Shown one piece after another: positions 19,036 through 28,999 of a DNA stretch of 64,000 bases. Numbering within the stretch: the stretch's first letter is position 1; each line of letters opens with the position of its first letter. The translations under genes and the position numbers were made by a program. Origin of the DNA: an uncultured Gammaproteobacteria bacterium (lineage in GTDB: Bacteria > Patescibacteriota > Microgenomatia > Levybacterales > UBA12049); assembly GCA_964474445.1 (NCBI GenBank), contig CAYYSJ010000003.1, positions 17,597 through 81,596 on the forward strand, written 5' to 3'. The notes under the pieces were generated by a model. That model did not search any database. It was not told the DNA's origin and was given only the letters and a program-made list of their open reading frames with translations.

Positions 19036-19213
19036 AAAGCGATGAAGGGGAATTCCCGCCCCTGAGCTGACTACGATGAGTAGATCCGGTAACTCCCGTT
19101 ATAGAGAAAATAAGCTTAGATTTGGTTTTTAATCTAAGGAAAACAAGGTGGTACCACGAGCATCCTCGTCCTTGTTAAGGTCTGACAGACCTTGGCAGAG
19201 ATGAGGTTTTTTT
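19036..19213 (+). ncRNA. T-box riboswitch (proline) upstream of proS
   Basis: GA/K-turn motif AGCGATGA...GAGCT, CCGTTA stem IIA/B motif, stem III, T-box AAGGTGGTACCACG (19145-58) pairing with CGTCCTT, then a terminator and T-tract. Confidence 0.9.
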
Positions 19214-19238
19214 ATGGAAAAACCTGTATACTAACACT

Positions 19239-20966
19239 ATGAAATATTCACAGTTACCATTTAGAACAAGTAAAGCAGTAGCAAAGGATTTACAGTCAAA
19301 AAATGCACGTCTTTTGATTCAAGCTGGTTATATCCATCAGGAAATGGCAGGAGTATATACCTTTTTGCCTCTTGGTCTTCGTGTTTTAGAAAAAATAGAA
19401 CAAATTATTCGGGAGGAGATGGATAAAATTGCCGTTGAAATCTTTATGACTTCTCTTGTTCCTCAAGAAATTTGGGTGAAATCTGGAAGACTCCATACAG
19501 TTGATGTCCTTATGAAAACGACTCCTGCAAATGAAAAAGCTCGAGCAAAACATGCTACAGAATATATCTTGGCTCCAACACATGAAGATACGGTGACAAA
19601 CTTAATTATGGAGCAGGTGAGATCGTATAAAGACTTGCCAACTGCGGTGTATCAAATCCAAACAAAATTCAGAAATGAGCCACGAGCAAAGTCAGGACTT
19701 CTCAGAGGTCGTGAATTTAGAATGAAAGATCTATATTCATTTCATACATCAGAAGAAGACTTAAAAAAATATTACGAAGTAGCAAAAGAGGCATACTGGA
19801 AAGTGTTTGAAAGGCTTGGTCTCAAACATGCAACGCTTCTTACTCTTGCATCAGGTGGAGATTTTACAAAAGAATACTCACATGAATTTCAAGTTATCTG
19901 TGACGCTGGAGAAGATCTTATTTTCCATGTTAAGAGTAAAAACCTTACTTTTAATCGCGAAGTTGCTCCTTCTCAAGCACCATCTCTCAATCAAAGTAAT
20001 GAAGAAGTGAAACCTTTAGAAGAAATAGAAGGGGCGGGTATTATTGGTGTTGGGGAAGTGGCAAAGCATGCAGGTATTCACATAGAGCAGACGACGAAAA
20101 CTATGCTTTTTGAGAATGAAAAAGCAGAGGTGATTGCTGCTGCTGTACGTGGAGGGTATGACATTAATGAAGAAAAGCTCAAAAAAATTTCAGGATCAGA
20201 ATCGCTCCAATTAGCATCTGCAGACGTAGTGAAGAAGGTAACTGGAGCTGAAATTGGATATGCAGGACTGTTGAATTTATCAAAAGATGTTAGAGTCTTT
20301 ATGGACGAGTCGATGAAAGGCAGAAAAAACTTTGAAATGGGTGCAAATAGGACAAATTATCATTCCATCAATGTTAATTTTGGTCGTGATCTGGAGGAAC
20401 CAGGGGAATTTTACGATATTAAAGTAGCAAAAGAAGGGGATTTGTATCCAGAAACAGGAGAAGTCTATGAGGTGTACAAAGCAGCCGAAGTTGGGAACAT
20501 CTTCCCATTAAATACAAAATTCTCAAAAGCATTTGATTTTTATTACACAGACGAAAAGGGTGAGAAACACCTCGTCTACATGGGAAGTTATGGAATAGGT
20601 CCATCACGTGTTATGGGAGTAATTGTTGAGAAGTTTGCTGATGAAAAAGGGCTTGTGTGGCCACGACATATTGCACCATTTACTGTCCATCTCATTTCTA
20701 TTCGGAAAAATGTAGAAGCTGATTTTCTGTATAAAGCACTTCAGAAAGAAGGGATTGAGGTCTTTTTAGATGATAGGGAAACAGTTTCAGTTGGAGAAAA
20801 ATTTGCAGATGCAGATCTTCTGGGAATGCCTGTGAGAATAGTTATTTCTGAAAAAACTGGTGATAAGGTGGAGTGGAAAGAACGAACACAAGAGAACCCA
20901 GAGCTTATTTCTATACAAGAGGCAGTGGAAAGACTCCTAAAGGCAAAAGAAGAAAAGAATTACTGA
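19239..20966 (+). CDS. proS: Proline--tRNA ligase with editing (INS) domain
   Basis: LAPTHED, FRNEPRAKSGLLRGREFRMKDLYSF, MGSYGIGPSR. Confidence 0.97.
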   Translation: MKYSQLPFRTSKAVAKDLQSKNARLLIQAGYIHQEMAGVYTFLPLGLRVLEKIEQIIREEMDKIAVEIFMTSLVPQEIWVKSGRLHTVDVLMKTTPANEKARAKHATEYILAPTHEDTVTNLIMEQVRSYKDLPTAVYQIQTKFRNEPRAKSGLLRGREFRMKDLYSFHTSEEDLKKYYEVAKEAYWKVFERLGLKHATLLTLASGGDFTKEYSHEFQVICDAGEDLIFHVKSKNLTFNREVAPSQAPSLNQSNEEVKPLEEIEGAGIIGVGEVAKHAGIHIEQTTKTMLFENEKAEVIAAAVRGGYDINEEKLKKISGSESLQLASADVVKKVTGAEIGYAGLLNLSKDVRVFMDESMKGRKNFEMGANRTNYHSINVNFGRDLEEPGEFYDIKVAKEGDLYPETGEVYEVYKAAEVGNIFPLNTKFSKAFDFYYTDEKGEKHLVYMGSYGIGPSRVMGVIVEKFADEKGLVWPRHIAPFTVHLISIRKNVEADFLYKALQKEGIEVFLDDRETVSVGEKFADADLLGMPVRIVISEKTGDKVEWKERTQENPELISIQEAVERLLKAKEEKNY

Positions 20967-21436
20967 TTAATAAATGGTACTGGAACATTCAGGAATTTAA
21001 TCCAGAACAGGCTATACACGAGAAAGAATACAACAGCTCCTAAAATAAGAATAACCGGCGAGATCCCCTTTTTTGTACTTGTTGCAACAACCCCAGTTGA
21101 GGGTGCTGGTGTAGCTTCAACGGGAGTAGCTCCACCACCAACTCGCACTGTTTGCGTGGAGTGTGGCATGACAACTGGAGTAACAGGGAGAGGCTGCTCA
21201 GGCTGTTGAGGGGAAGCTGTAGCGCTAGCTGCTGGTACTGGTGCTACAGAGACTGTCGTTGTGGCAGTTGGCGTAGCAGAGGGAGCTGAAGGTATTGGAG
21301 TAGGAGTCACTGGATTTACAGCAGGTTGTAGAGGATTCGTTGTCGCAGGTGCAGCAGGAGTAACAGCTGTTCCCATAACACGGTTATATGCTTCTTGTAG
21401 TTTTGGGTCCAATTGAGCAGTTTGTTTGGGATCCAT
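20960..21436 (-). CDS. Pro/Thr/Ala-rich protein with a C-terminal transmembrane anchor
   Basis: Low-complexity PTA region followed by hydrophobic VILILGAVVFFLVYSLFW. Confidence 0.7.
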   Translation of the reverse strand: MDPKQTAQLDPKLQEAYNRVMGTAVTPAAPATTNPLQPAVNPVTPTPIPSAPSATPTATTTVSVAPVPAASATASPQQPEQPLPVTPVVMPHSTQTVRVGGGATPVEATPAPSTGVVATSTKKGISPVILILGAVVFFLVYSLFWIKFLNVPVPFINQ

Positions 21437-21476
21437 AAACTTATCATCTCTAATAAGAGAGTGATTTGTCAAGCTA

Positions 21477-21785
21477 ATGGTTCTTTTTATATGTCAATGC
21501 GTATCCAATGCGCATGTACAAATGAGAAGAGAATTCTATAATGCTACACATATGAGTGGATGCATAACAGAACGTATAGGTGGTGTATACAAGACAACAT
21601 GTCCTAATGGGAGCAGTGTTACCAGAGATAGTGAATCCTTTACGGTTTCTGATGGACAAACTAGTCGTAGTTTTCCTATAGGAACAGGCATGCCTGCATG
21701 GGTAAGAGCGCAAAATGCAGCAAACACTCAGGAAGGTATTATTGGAAAATTTTTTGAATCGGGTGAGAACTTAAAGAAGAGTTAG
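21477..21785 (+). CDS. Hypothetical protein (start uncertain)
   Basis: Fills the gap between two genes; no motif. Confidence 0.35.
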   Translation: MVLFICQCVSNAHVQMRREFYNATHMSGCITERIGGVYKTTCPNGSSVTRDSESFTVSDGQTSRSFPIGTGMPAWVRAQNAANTQEGIIGKFFESGENLKKS

Positions 21786-21829
21786 TGGATATCCTTTTTA
21801 AATCTTCAAAAACCTAGTATACTACGGTT

Positions 21830-22747
21830 ATGCATATTATTGTTACTCATACGTCTCCTGACTGGGATGCAATTGGTTCTGTGTGGATACTCAAACGTTT
21901 CTTACCAGGATGGGAGAATGCAAAAGTAGAATTTGTTCCTGCAGGAGATAGAAGCCCAAAAGTTGCAAATAAAAGTAAAGAAGCAGACGAAAAAATTGTG
22001 GTTACTATCGGTGAAGATAAAATACTGCATGTTGATACAGGCCTCACCCCATTGGACCATCACCAAATTTATGACACCAATGTCTGTAGTACGAGTCGCT
22101 GTTGGGATTATGTCTTACAGGAAAATCCAAATTTGCATGCCAGAACTTCTGATATTAAACAAAGCGATCGGGTTACTGCAGTTGGGAGAATTGTTGACTA
22201 TATTGTTGCACTTGACCACTTTCAGGAAGTATTTTGGAAAGACGCAGGATCTGATATTCATGAATTTGGACTGTACGGTATTTTAGAAGGAATGAAAGGA
22301 TTACACCCGAATCAAGATGAGTATTATGTAAGCTGGGGGATGGAAATTCTGGATGCAATGGTACATCGATTTGAAAGTAGAATTTGGGCAGAAAGAGAAC
22401 TTGCAAAAGCAAAAGAATTCACAACAAAATGGGGGAAGGCACTTGCGGTTGAAACGATCAACGATAGTGTTATTAAGCTTGCACAGAGAATGGGTTATGC
22501 AGTCGTTGTTCGTAAAGATCCCAGAAAAGGGTATGTGAGGATAAAAGCTATTCCATTTAAAGAAGGAGTAACCCCTGATATTAATCTTACGCTTGCAAGT
22601 GAGCAATTTCGAAAAATGGATCCTGAGGCAACATGGTTTTTACATGTTAGTAACAAAATGCTTCTAAATGGCACACCGAAAAATCCCAAAATGGTTCCAA
22701 CAAGATTGAGCTTAGATCAGATAGTAAAGGTATTAGAGAATATTTAG
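21830..22747 (+). CDS. DHH/MYG1-like phosphoesterase
   Basis: THTSPDWDA, VDTG, LDHHQ motifs. Confidence 0.6.
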   Translation: MHIIVTHTSPDWDAIGSVWILKRFLPGWENAKVEFVPAGDRSPKVANKSKEADEKIVVTIGEDKILHVDTGLTPLDHHQIYDTNVCSTSRCWDYVLQENPNLHARTSDIKQSDRVTAVGRIVDYIVALDHFQEVFWKDAGSDIHEFGLYGILEGMKGLHPNQDEYYVSWGMEILDAMVHRFESRIWAERELAKAKEFTTKWGKALAVETINDSVIKLAQRMGYAVVVRKDPRKGYVRIKAIPFKEGVTPDINLTLASEQFRKMDPEATWFLHVSNKMLLNGTPKNPKMVPTRLSLDQIVKVLENI

Positions 22748-22756
22748 TATTGCGGT

Positions 22757-23077
22757 ATGGATGATTGTATCTTTTGTAAAATAGCAAGGCACGATGTGCC
22801 AAAAGAATTTACGTATGAGGATGAGTGGGTCATGGCATTTCCTGATCTGCACCCACAAAAGCCAACGCATATTCTGGTTGTCCCCAAAAAGCATATTCCT
22901 GAATTTATGCAACTTGATGACCAGGTCCTTATTGATAGAATCAGACAAGTCCTGCAAACACTGGTGAGGGAATTTAACCTGAATCACAATGGCTATAAAA
23001 TAACAGTGAATGGTGGAGGACTTCAGGAAATTGACCACCTGCATATCCACCTTATGGGACCAATGGGAAGGCCGTAA
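22757..23077 (+). CDS. HIT family nucleotide-binding protein
   Basis: DCIFCKI, HILVVPKKH, HLHIHL. Confidence 0.93.
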   Translation: MDDCIFCKIARHDVPKEFTYEDEWVMAFPDLHPQKPTHILVVPKKHIPEFMQLDDQVLIDRIRQVLQTLVREFNLNHNGYKITVNGGGLQEIDHLHIHLMGPMGRP

Positions 23078-23225
23078 AGGAAACAATCTATTTCATCTTT
23101 TCGTAGAAGTCCGTACGAGATTTGGCTTTGCCACTTTTCCACATTTTGTGTTATAATATTGTAACTACATTTTTTCGAGCTTTATAAAAAGCCTCGAATT
23201 TCCTGAGAGGGGGTGTTTGTATTCT

Positions 23226-23417
23226 ATGTTAATCGTTAAAAAACAACCAGGTGATAGTGATGACGCTCTCATCCGAAAATTTAGCAGAAAAGTCACTGAT
23301 GCAGGTATTATTCAGGAGGCAAAACGCCGACAATTCTACCTCAAGCCATCTGCTGCGCGAGCACAGAAAAAGCAAGAAAAAAGAAAAGCAAGAATCTTAA
23401 AGAGAGTAACTGCCTAA
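23226..23417 (+). CDS. rpsU: 30S ribosomal protein S21
   Basis: LIRKFSRKV..AGIIQEAKRRQFYLKPS. Confidence 0.9.
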   Translation: MLIVKKQPGDSDDALIRKFSRKVTDAGIIQEAKRRQFYLKPSAARAQKKQEKRKARILKRVTA

Positions 23418-23423
23418 ATCGTT

Positions 23424-23819
23424 ATGACTACAGACTCTGAAGTTACCGCACTTCTTTTTGTTGAAAGTAGATATAAGGTTAATAGACGTCGCATCCGTAA
23501 AACCGTTGTGGAGACCCTCAAAAAGCACGGAGTACAAGGGCCGGTAGAGGTGAGTATTGCCATTGTTGGAGACAGAAAAATGAGAGAACTATCCAAGCTC
23601 TATAAGGGTGAGGATAAGACTCGAAATATATTGTCCTTTTCTCTATCAGAGGGTGAACCAGTTGTCTTGCCAACGGATAAACTGCGTCTTGGAGATATTG
23701 TTATCTCCTATCCTGTCCTTATTAAAGAAGCAGCAGAATTTGAGGAATTAGTTGATGATAGAATGGATATGCTTGTTGAGCACGGTCTGACGCATCTCTT
23801 AGGTATTCACCACGAATAG
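23424..23819 (+). CDS. ybeY: rRNA maturation RNase YbeY
   Basis: ILSF, LGDIVIS, HGLTHLLGIHH. Confidence 0.92.
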   Translation: MTTDSEVTALLFVESRYKVNRRRIRKTVVETLKKHGVQGPVEVSIAIVGDRKMRELSKLYKGEDKTRNILSFSLSEGEPVVLPTDKLRLGDIVISYPVLIKEAAEFEELVDDRMDMLVEHGLTHLLGIHHE

Positions 23820-23906
23820 GATACAAGTTCAAAGTGCTTTCAGTGATACTGTTTGTGTGCTTCCAAAGATACTCCAATTGTAGTATTCTAGTTGTTACTT
23901 CTACCT

Positions 23907-25427
23907 ATGGTGTATTATCGTAAGTATCGACCCCAAACAATTGCGGAATTAGATAATCCCAAGCTTCGTGAAACGCTCACTTCTGTATTATCAGCAAAAG
24001 AGATCCCTCATTCATTTTTGTTTACCGGACCAAAGGGATTAGGTAAAACATCAACTGCTCGTATTATTGCTAAAGTACTCAATTGCGAACACGAAGAAAA
24101 GGGAAAAGAGAAGAAGGATACAAGCATAGAACCGGACAATGTCTGTTATCAGTGTGTTTCAATTACAAATGGCACAAATATTGATGTATTGGAAATTGAC
24201 GGTGCGAGTAACCGAGGTATTGATGAAATACGAGAGCTTCGTGAGCGAGTGAACCTAGCACCGAGTGCTGCAAAGAAAAAAGTCTATATTATTGATGAAG
24301 TTCACATGCTGACAACCGAAGCATTTAATGCACTTTTGAAAACAATTGAGGAACCACCAGCTCATGCTGTCTTTATCTTCTGTACAACAGAACCACAAAA
24401 AGTCCCAGCAACAATTATTTCTCGATGTTTCCATATTTCACTCAACAGAGCAACTGATGAGGAATTGATTCATTCTCTCAAACGGATTGTCTCAGAGGAA
24501 AAAATAGACGTAGATGGCGAGGCGTTGGAGCTGATCGCTCATTTAGGAGATGGAGGATTTCGAGATACCCAAAAGTTATTCGAAGAAGTTGTTGCACTGT
24601 CAAATGGAGCAAAGATCACGAAAGCATTGGTTGAAGAGAAGCTTAACATCTCAAGTAGTCAGTATCTTGTGTCGAGTTTGTTGAGCAATCTCGAAGAAAA
24701 GAATGTGAAAGGGTCTGTAGAAGTCGTAGGGAAAGTTGCCGAACAGGGAATGGATATGAGGTTTTTCATACAAGAAGTACTGGCAACGCTTCATCAATCT
24801 CTTCTTGCACAGATAGGGATTACACAACCTGCAGGCTTTCAACCACTTACGATTCATCTATCCATACAGGAAATGCAAGTCTTGATAGGTCTTTTGGAAC
24901 AAGCATACAAAGAAACGAAATTTGCTGTTATTCCTCAACTCCCACTTGAGCTTGTTTGTATTGGATGGTGTTCTGCAAAGGAAAATGAGGGAGAAGACTT
25001 GTCTGGAGAAAAACCTCATGCGTCTATGTCTATGCACAACGTTTCTGCAAAACCTACTGTCACTGATCTTTTGAAAAAAGAGAAAAATTTGAAAGTGCAG
25101 GAGGTACTGGGGAAAGCACCGGTGAAGACTCCTGTGAGGGAAGAGTCTCCCCATACGCAAGAGGGATTACCTGAAAATGCAAATGAGAATGCAGTTTTTA
25201 TGGAGAACATTATTTACAAAGTAAAACCATATAATCATTCTGTTGCAGGAGTATTGCGAGGTTGTATTATTAAGCTCATCGATGGGGAGAAAATTGTTTT
25301 TGAAACACCATATAAATTCCATAAGGAAAAATTAGAGGAATTTAAAACAAAAGAAATTTTGGAAAAAGGAGTACGTGAGATAACTGGTAAGAATCTGGCA
25401 GTGATGATAGAATTAAAAACAGGATAA
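23907..25427 (+). CDS. dnaX: DNA polymerase III subunit gamma/tau
   Basis: YRKYRPQ, GPKGLGKTS, EIDGASNRGIDEIR, IIDEVHML, SRC. Confidence 0.96.
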   Translation: MVYYRKYRPQTIAELDNPKLRETLTSVLSAKEIPHSFLFTGPKGLGKTSTARIIAKVLNCEHEEKGKEKKDTSIEPDNVCYQCVSITNGTNIDVLEIDGASNRGIDEIRELRERVNLAPSAAKKKVYIIDEVHMLTTEAFNALLKTIEEPPAHAVFIFCTTEPQKVPATIISRCFHISLNRATDEELIHSLKRIVSEEKIDVDGEALELIAHLGDGGFRDTQKLFEEVVALSNGAKITKALVEEKLNISSSQYLVSSLLSNLEEKNVKGSVEVVGKVAEQGMDMRFFIQEVLATLHQSLLAQIGITQPAGFQPLTIHLSIQEMQVLIGLLEQAYKETKFAVIPQLPLELVCIGWCSAKENEGEDLSGEKPHASMSMHNVSAKPTVTDLLKKEKNLKVQEVLGKAPVKTPVREESPHTQEGLPENANENAVFMENIIYKVKPYNHSVAGVLRGCIIKLIDGEKIVFETPYKFHKEKLEEFKTKEILEKGVREITGKNLAVMIELKTG

Positions 25428-25525
25428 ATGGAAGGGCTCATTTCCAGAAGAGAATGAGTCCTATTTGCATAAACTCTTGATTACGCTAGAATAACTTTTA
25501 TAACAGAAAGTGAGGTGAATAATAT

Positions 25526-25807
25526 ATGTTTAATCCGTTAAAACAAGTGGGAGAATTAAAAAAACTTCGAGATCAGGCAATGCAAATCCAAAAAGCACTC
25601 CAACAGGAACAAATTACTGTTGAAAAAAATGGTGTTGTCATTGTGATGACTGGAGATCAAAAAGTTGTTAGTATTTCGACCAATGGACGATCTGACAATG
25701 ATGTGAAAGATGCTATCAACGAATCTATTAAAAAATCCCAAGAAGTAGCTGCAAAGAAACTTTCCCAAATGGGAGGGGGACTCGGTGGTTTGATGGGAGG
25801 AATGTAA
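25526..25807 (+). CDS. ybaB: YbaB/EbfC nucleoid-associated protein
   Basis: Position after dnaX; QAMQIQKAL, V.MTGDQ, AINE pattern. Confidence 0.85.
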   Translation: MFNPLKQVGELKKLRDQAMQIQKALQQEQITVEKNGVVIVMTGDQKVVSISTNGRSDNDVKDAINESIKKSQEVAAKKLSQMGGGLGGLMGGM

Positions 25808-25869
25808 AACGAATATTTGGGGAACCGAATGTTTGGATAAGTTCAATATACCAGAAAAGTCAGAAAGTT

Positions 25870-26811
25870 ATGAAGATTTTGGGGGGCAGTGCCAGCCTGG
25901 ATTTGGCACAGGACGTAGCAGATATTCTTCAGACGAAATTATCTTCTGTTGATATACACATATTTCCTGATGGAGAAAGAAGAATTCGTATTACCGAACA
26001 GGTAGTTGATGAGGAATGTGTTGTCATTCAATCTGCTCCTCCTCCTGTTGACACCAATTACATGGAACTGTTTTTCTTGATTGATGCTCTAAAAAGGTCA
26101 GGAGCAGAAAAAGTGACTGCTGTTGTACCGTATTTTGGATACCAACGACAAGATCATGTCTTTCGTGAAGGAGAAGCTGTCTCTTTGGAGGTTGTTATTC
26201 GGATTCTGGAAAGCCTTAACATAGACAGATTAGTAAGTGTTGATATGCATACACCAAAAATCCCAGATCTTTTTCATATTCCAGTAAGTCATATATCTGC
26301 ATTGCCTCTTTTTGCAAAGACCATTAAAGAGCATGGATGGGATACCCCTGAAAGTGTGTTGATCTCGCCTGACATGGGGGGAATAGGTCGCATAAAAAAA
26401 TTATCTGAACTGTTAGGCGGAATGGCTGTTGCAGCTGTTGAAAAAAATCGTGATTTAGAGACCGGATCGTTGCAGGTCTCATCCTTTGGAGAGGGGTCAG
26501 TAACAGGGAAAAAACAGGCAATTATTGTTGATGACATGATAGCATCTGGCAAAACAATTGCTCTTGCCTCGGCTTTTTTACATGAACAAGGAATAGAGGA
26601 AATCCATGTGTTTGCAACACATGCTGTTTTCTCAGAAGATGCTCCTCATATTCTTGAAGGATCATTTGCAAAAGAGATCTTTATCACAGATACCGTTCGT
26701 GTTTCAGCAGAAAAACAGTTTTCGAAACTTTCTGTCCTTTCTAGTGCTCCAATTATTGCTGCTGGTATAAAAGATCCAGTTAGTTCCAATAGTCCATTGC
26801 TTTCACTGTAA
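25870..26811 (+). CDS. prs: Ribose-phosphate pyrophosphokinase
   Basis: FPDGE, PYFGYQRQD, SPDMGG, IVDDMIASGKT, ATH. Confidence 0.96.
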   Translation: MKILGGSASLDLAQDVADILQTKLSSVDIHIFPDGERRIRITEQVVDEECVVIQSAPPPVDTNYMELFFLIDALKRSGAEKVTAVVPYFGYQRQDHVFREGEAVSLEVVIRILESLNIDRLVSVDMHTPKIPDLFHIPVSHISALPLFAKTIKEHGWDTPESVLISPDMGGIGRIKKLSELLGGMAVAAVEKNRDLETGSLQVSSFGEGSVTGKKQAIIVDDMIASGKTIALASAFLHEQGIEEIHVFATHAVFSEDAPHILEGSFAKEIFITDTVRVSAEKQFSKLSVLSSAPIIAAGIKDPVSSNSPLLSL

Positions 26812-26887
26812 TTTCCTAGTACTATAATGATCTAATTCATATAGTAACGAGTTTAGTGAATTAACCCGTTAAATAATAATTATCCTT

Positions 26888-27496
26888 ATGCGCATTCCCA
26901 AAGCTGTACAAAATCTGATTGAATCATTTGAAAAATTGCCAAGTATTGGTCCTAAATCGGCCCAGCGTCTGACATTTTATTTACTTCATGTTCCACAGGC
27001 AGAGTTAGAGCATTTTGCACAGGCATTAAACAATCTAAAAAAGGGAACACTGATGTGTTCTATCTGCCTTTCAATTGATGAGACAGATCCCTGCAGTATT
27101 TGTTCTGACACAACACGTGACAGTGCAACCATTTGTGTTGTCGAGCAGCCCCTTGATGTATTTGCTTTAGAAAAAGCAGGAAAATATAAAGGAGTCTATC
27201 ATGTTCTTCATGGCAGGATTGATCCATTGAATAACTTAGGGCCGGATGAAATTTATATTCGTCAACTTTTAGAAAGAGTAAAAAAAGGAGGAATCAAAGA
27301 GATTATCTTAGCAACCAATCCCACGATGGAAGGGGAAGCAACAGCAATGTATATTACAAAGCAGCTAGGAGCTATGAGCAAAGAGTTACGAGTTACGAGA
27401 ATAGGGAGAGGACTACCTGTTGGGGCGGATATTGAATACGCAGATGAAATTACACTTCAGCGGGCACTGGAAGGCAGAAGCGATTTTTCCATTTAA
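26888..27496 (+). CDS. recR: Recombination mediator RecR
   Basis: LPSIGPKSAQR, C4 zinc finger, YHVLHG, ATNPTMEGEATA. Confidence 0.97.
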   Translation: MRIPKAVQNLIESFEKLPSIGPKSAQRLTFYLLHVPQAELEHFAQALNNLKKGTLMCSICLSIDETDPCSICSDTTRDSATICVVEQPLDVFALEKAGKYKGVYHVLHGRIDPLNNLGPDEIYIRQLLERVKKGGIKEIILATNPTMEGEATAMYITKQLGAMSKELRVTRIGRGLPVGADIEYADEITLQRALEGRSDFSI

Positions 27497-28113
27497 AGGT
27501 GAGGGAAGGCAATATTGTTGATACTGCCACCTTTTACTACACGCCTCACAAAACACTCTGCAAGCGTTCTCTCTGTTGGTTCTCTTGCTCCCCTTGTTAT
27601 AGAGACAGGCCGTAGTGTTTGTCCTAGGTCAGGCCGTTCTTTTAAAAAGGTGGTAAAGTCTGGCCGTCTGGTAAAAGATACTGAGTTGAAGTTTTGAGAG
27701 GGGAAAGGAAATACATTATCCTCATAATCTGTATAAAGTGGTTGGCTTTCCGTAAAAAAGCTAATATGCCATGTCTTAGATGGAATGTTATACACACTTG
27801 CTGCAAGAAATGAATCCATAGTATAAGGTCGTCTTACTGCATTAACTCCTTGGGAAACATCAAAAAATCCTCGAGCATTAATCCATTCGAATCGCCTTCT
27901 TAAAAGAGCAACTCCCGGTTTGCTTTCAAATCCTAAGGGAGAACACTGTTGCATTCTCTCGAATGCTTCTATGAAGTCAGACATGTTTGCCTTCTTCTCT
28001 AGCAATTCTTCTAGTATGTGGAGTGAGGTTACAAAACTTGCGTAGTTTCGTCCACGAGGACGATTGATTGTTGGTTTCACTTGTTCCGTAAACCATCCTA
28101 CTAATTCAGACAT
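27493..28113 (-). CDS. Orphan protein, module gene C1 (distantly similar to the B genes)
   Basis: 206-aa ORF; shares the ARG[FY] motif and a C-terminal ..FP[HR] with 28177-28935 and 29815-30609. Confidence 0.7.
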   Translation of the reverse strand: MSELVGWFTEQVKPTINRPRGRNYASFVTSLHILEELLEKKANMSDFIEAFERMQQCSPLGFESKPGVALLRRRFEWINARGFFDVSQGVNAVRRPYTMDSFLAASVYNIPSKTWHISFFTESQPLYTDYEDNVFPFPSQNFNSVSFTRRPDFTTFLKERPDLGQTLRPVSITRGAREPTERTLAECFVRRVVKGGSINNIAFPHL

Positions 28114-28176
28114 GGGAATTTACTTTAGCGAACAAATTTGAGGGAGTTGTAATGAGTTAGTAATGAATAGGAGAAA

Positions 28177-28935
28177 CTACCTGAAAGAAAGAAGTGGCTC
28201 AGAAGGACGAGGGAAATGAGCATAGTATTTGCTTTCGCCTTGTGGAGTATCTACGATAAAGTGTTGTAGCCATTCGTGTACTACTGTTTTGTCGCTCAGG
28301 GAATCCGGCCTAAAGGCAGCGGGGGGACGTCTAGATAAATCTCTTGTTCTCATTTGCAACCGGAGAGCACCTATTGCATTAGAACTTGTATTCTGGTCAA
28401 TGGTTACTCCAAAGGACGCCTTTGTTTTTGTCAGCCTGCCACTGAAATAAGGACGAAGCTCAGTGGATAAAGGCTCCTCGTGCGGCTGTAGAGAATCCCT
28501 CATAAACCGTACAGATGGGAGGATGGCCGTTGTAAAGCGCCATGTTCCTTCTTGTTCCTGTGAGAGGATTGTTGCTGAAAAAAAAGTTTCAAATTTGCTT
28601 TCCCCACTTTCAAATCCTCGAGCAAGCAGAAGCTTCGCTTGACTAGTAGGAACAGGAATGCCAGCAATGGTTGTTTGTTCAAGAGACAATGTTCGCTCAA
28701 AGAGAAATCGCACATGTTGATAGGCAGGATCTGTCTGAGAACCAGCTTCAGTCATTCCCATCTGTTGTGCTAATGCCCGTAAGTCTTCAAGCGCTCCTTC
28801 ATGCCGTTGCGTGGAGACACTAAGACCAGCCTCCATAAGTCCTACAGCAAGTACAAGCTGAGTAAAAGCGAGATTGTGCGGAAATTCTTCATTAGGAAAA
28901 TGTTTCCTTAAGATATCTGTCATGACCTCTGTCAT
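28177..28935 (-). CDS. Orphan protein, module gene B1
   Basis: Paralog of 29815-30609 (LR.HFP, LEDL, RFL.E, LLARG, RFTTA, LQHF, YYAHFPRP). Confidence 0.8.
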   Translation of the reverse strand: MTEVMTDILRKHFPNEEFPHNLAFTQLVLAVGLMEAGLSVSTQRHEGALEDLRALAQQMGMTEAGSQTDPAYQHVRFLFERTLSLEQTTIAGIPVPTSQAKLLLARGFESGESKFETFFSATILSQEQEGTWRFTTAILPSVRFMRDSLQPHEEPLSTELRPYFSGRLTKTKASFGVTIDQNTSSNAIGALRLQMRTRDLSRRPPAAFRPDSLSDKTVVHEWLQHFIVDTPQGESKYYAHFPRPSEPLLSFR

Positions 28936-28999
28936 ACAAGCAACCTAGCTATGTTACATGAAAAGACTGTAAAAAAGCAATAAAAAAAAGGTAAGATGC

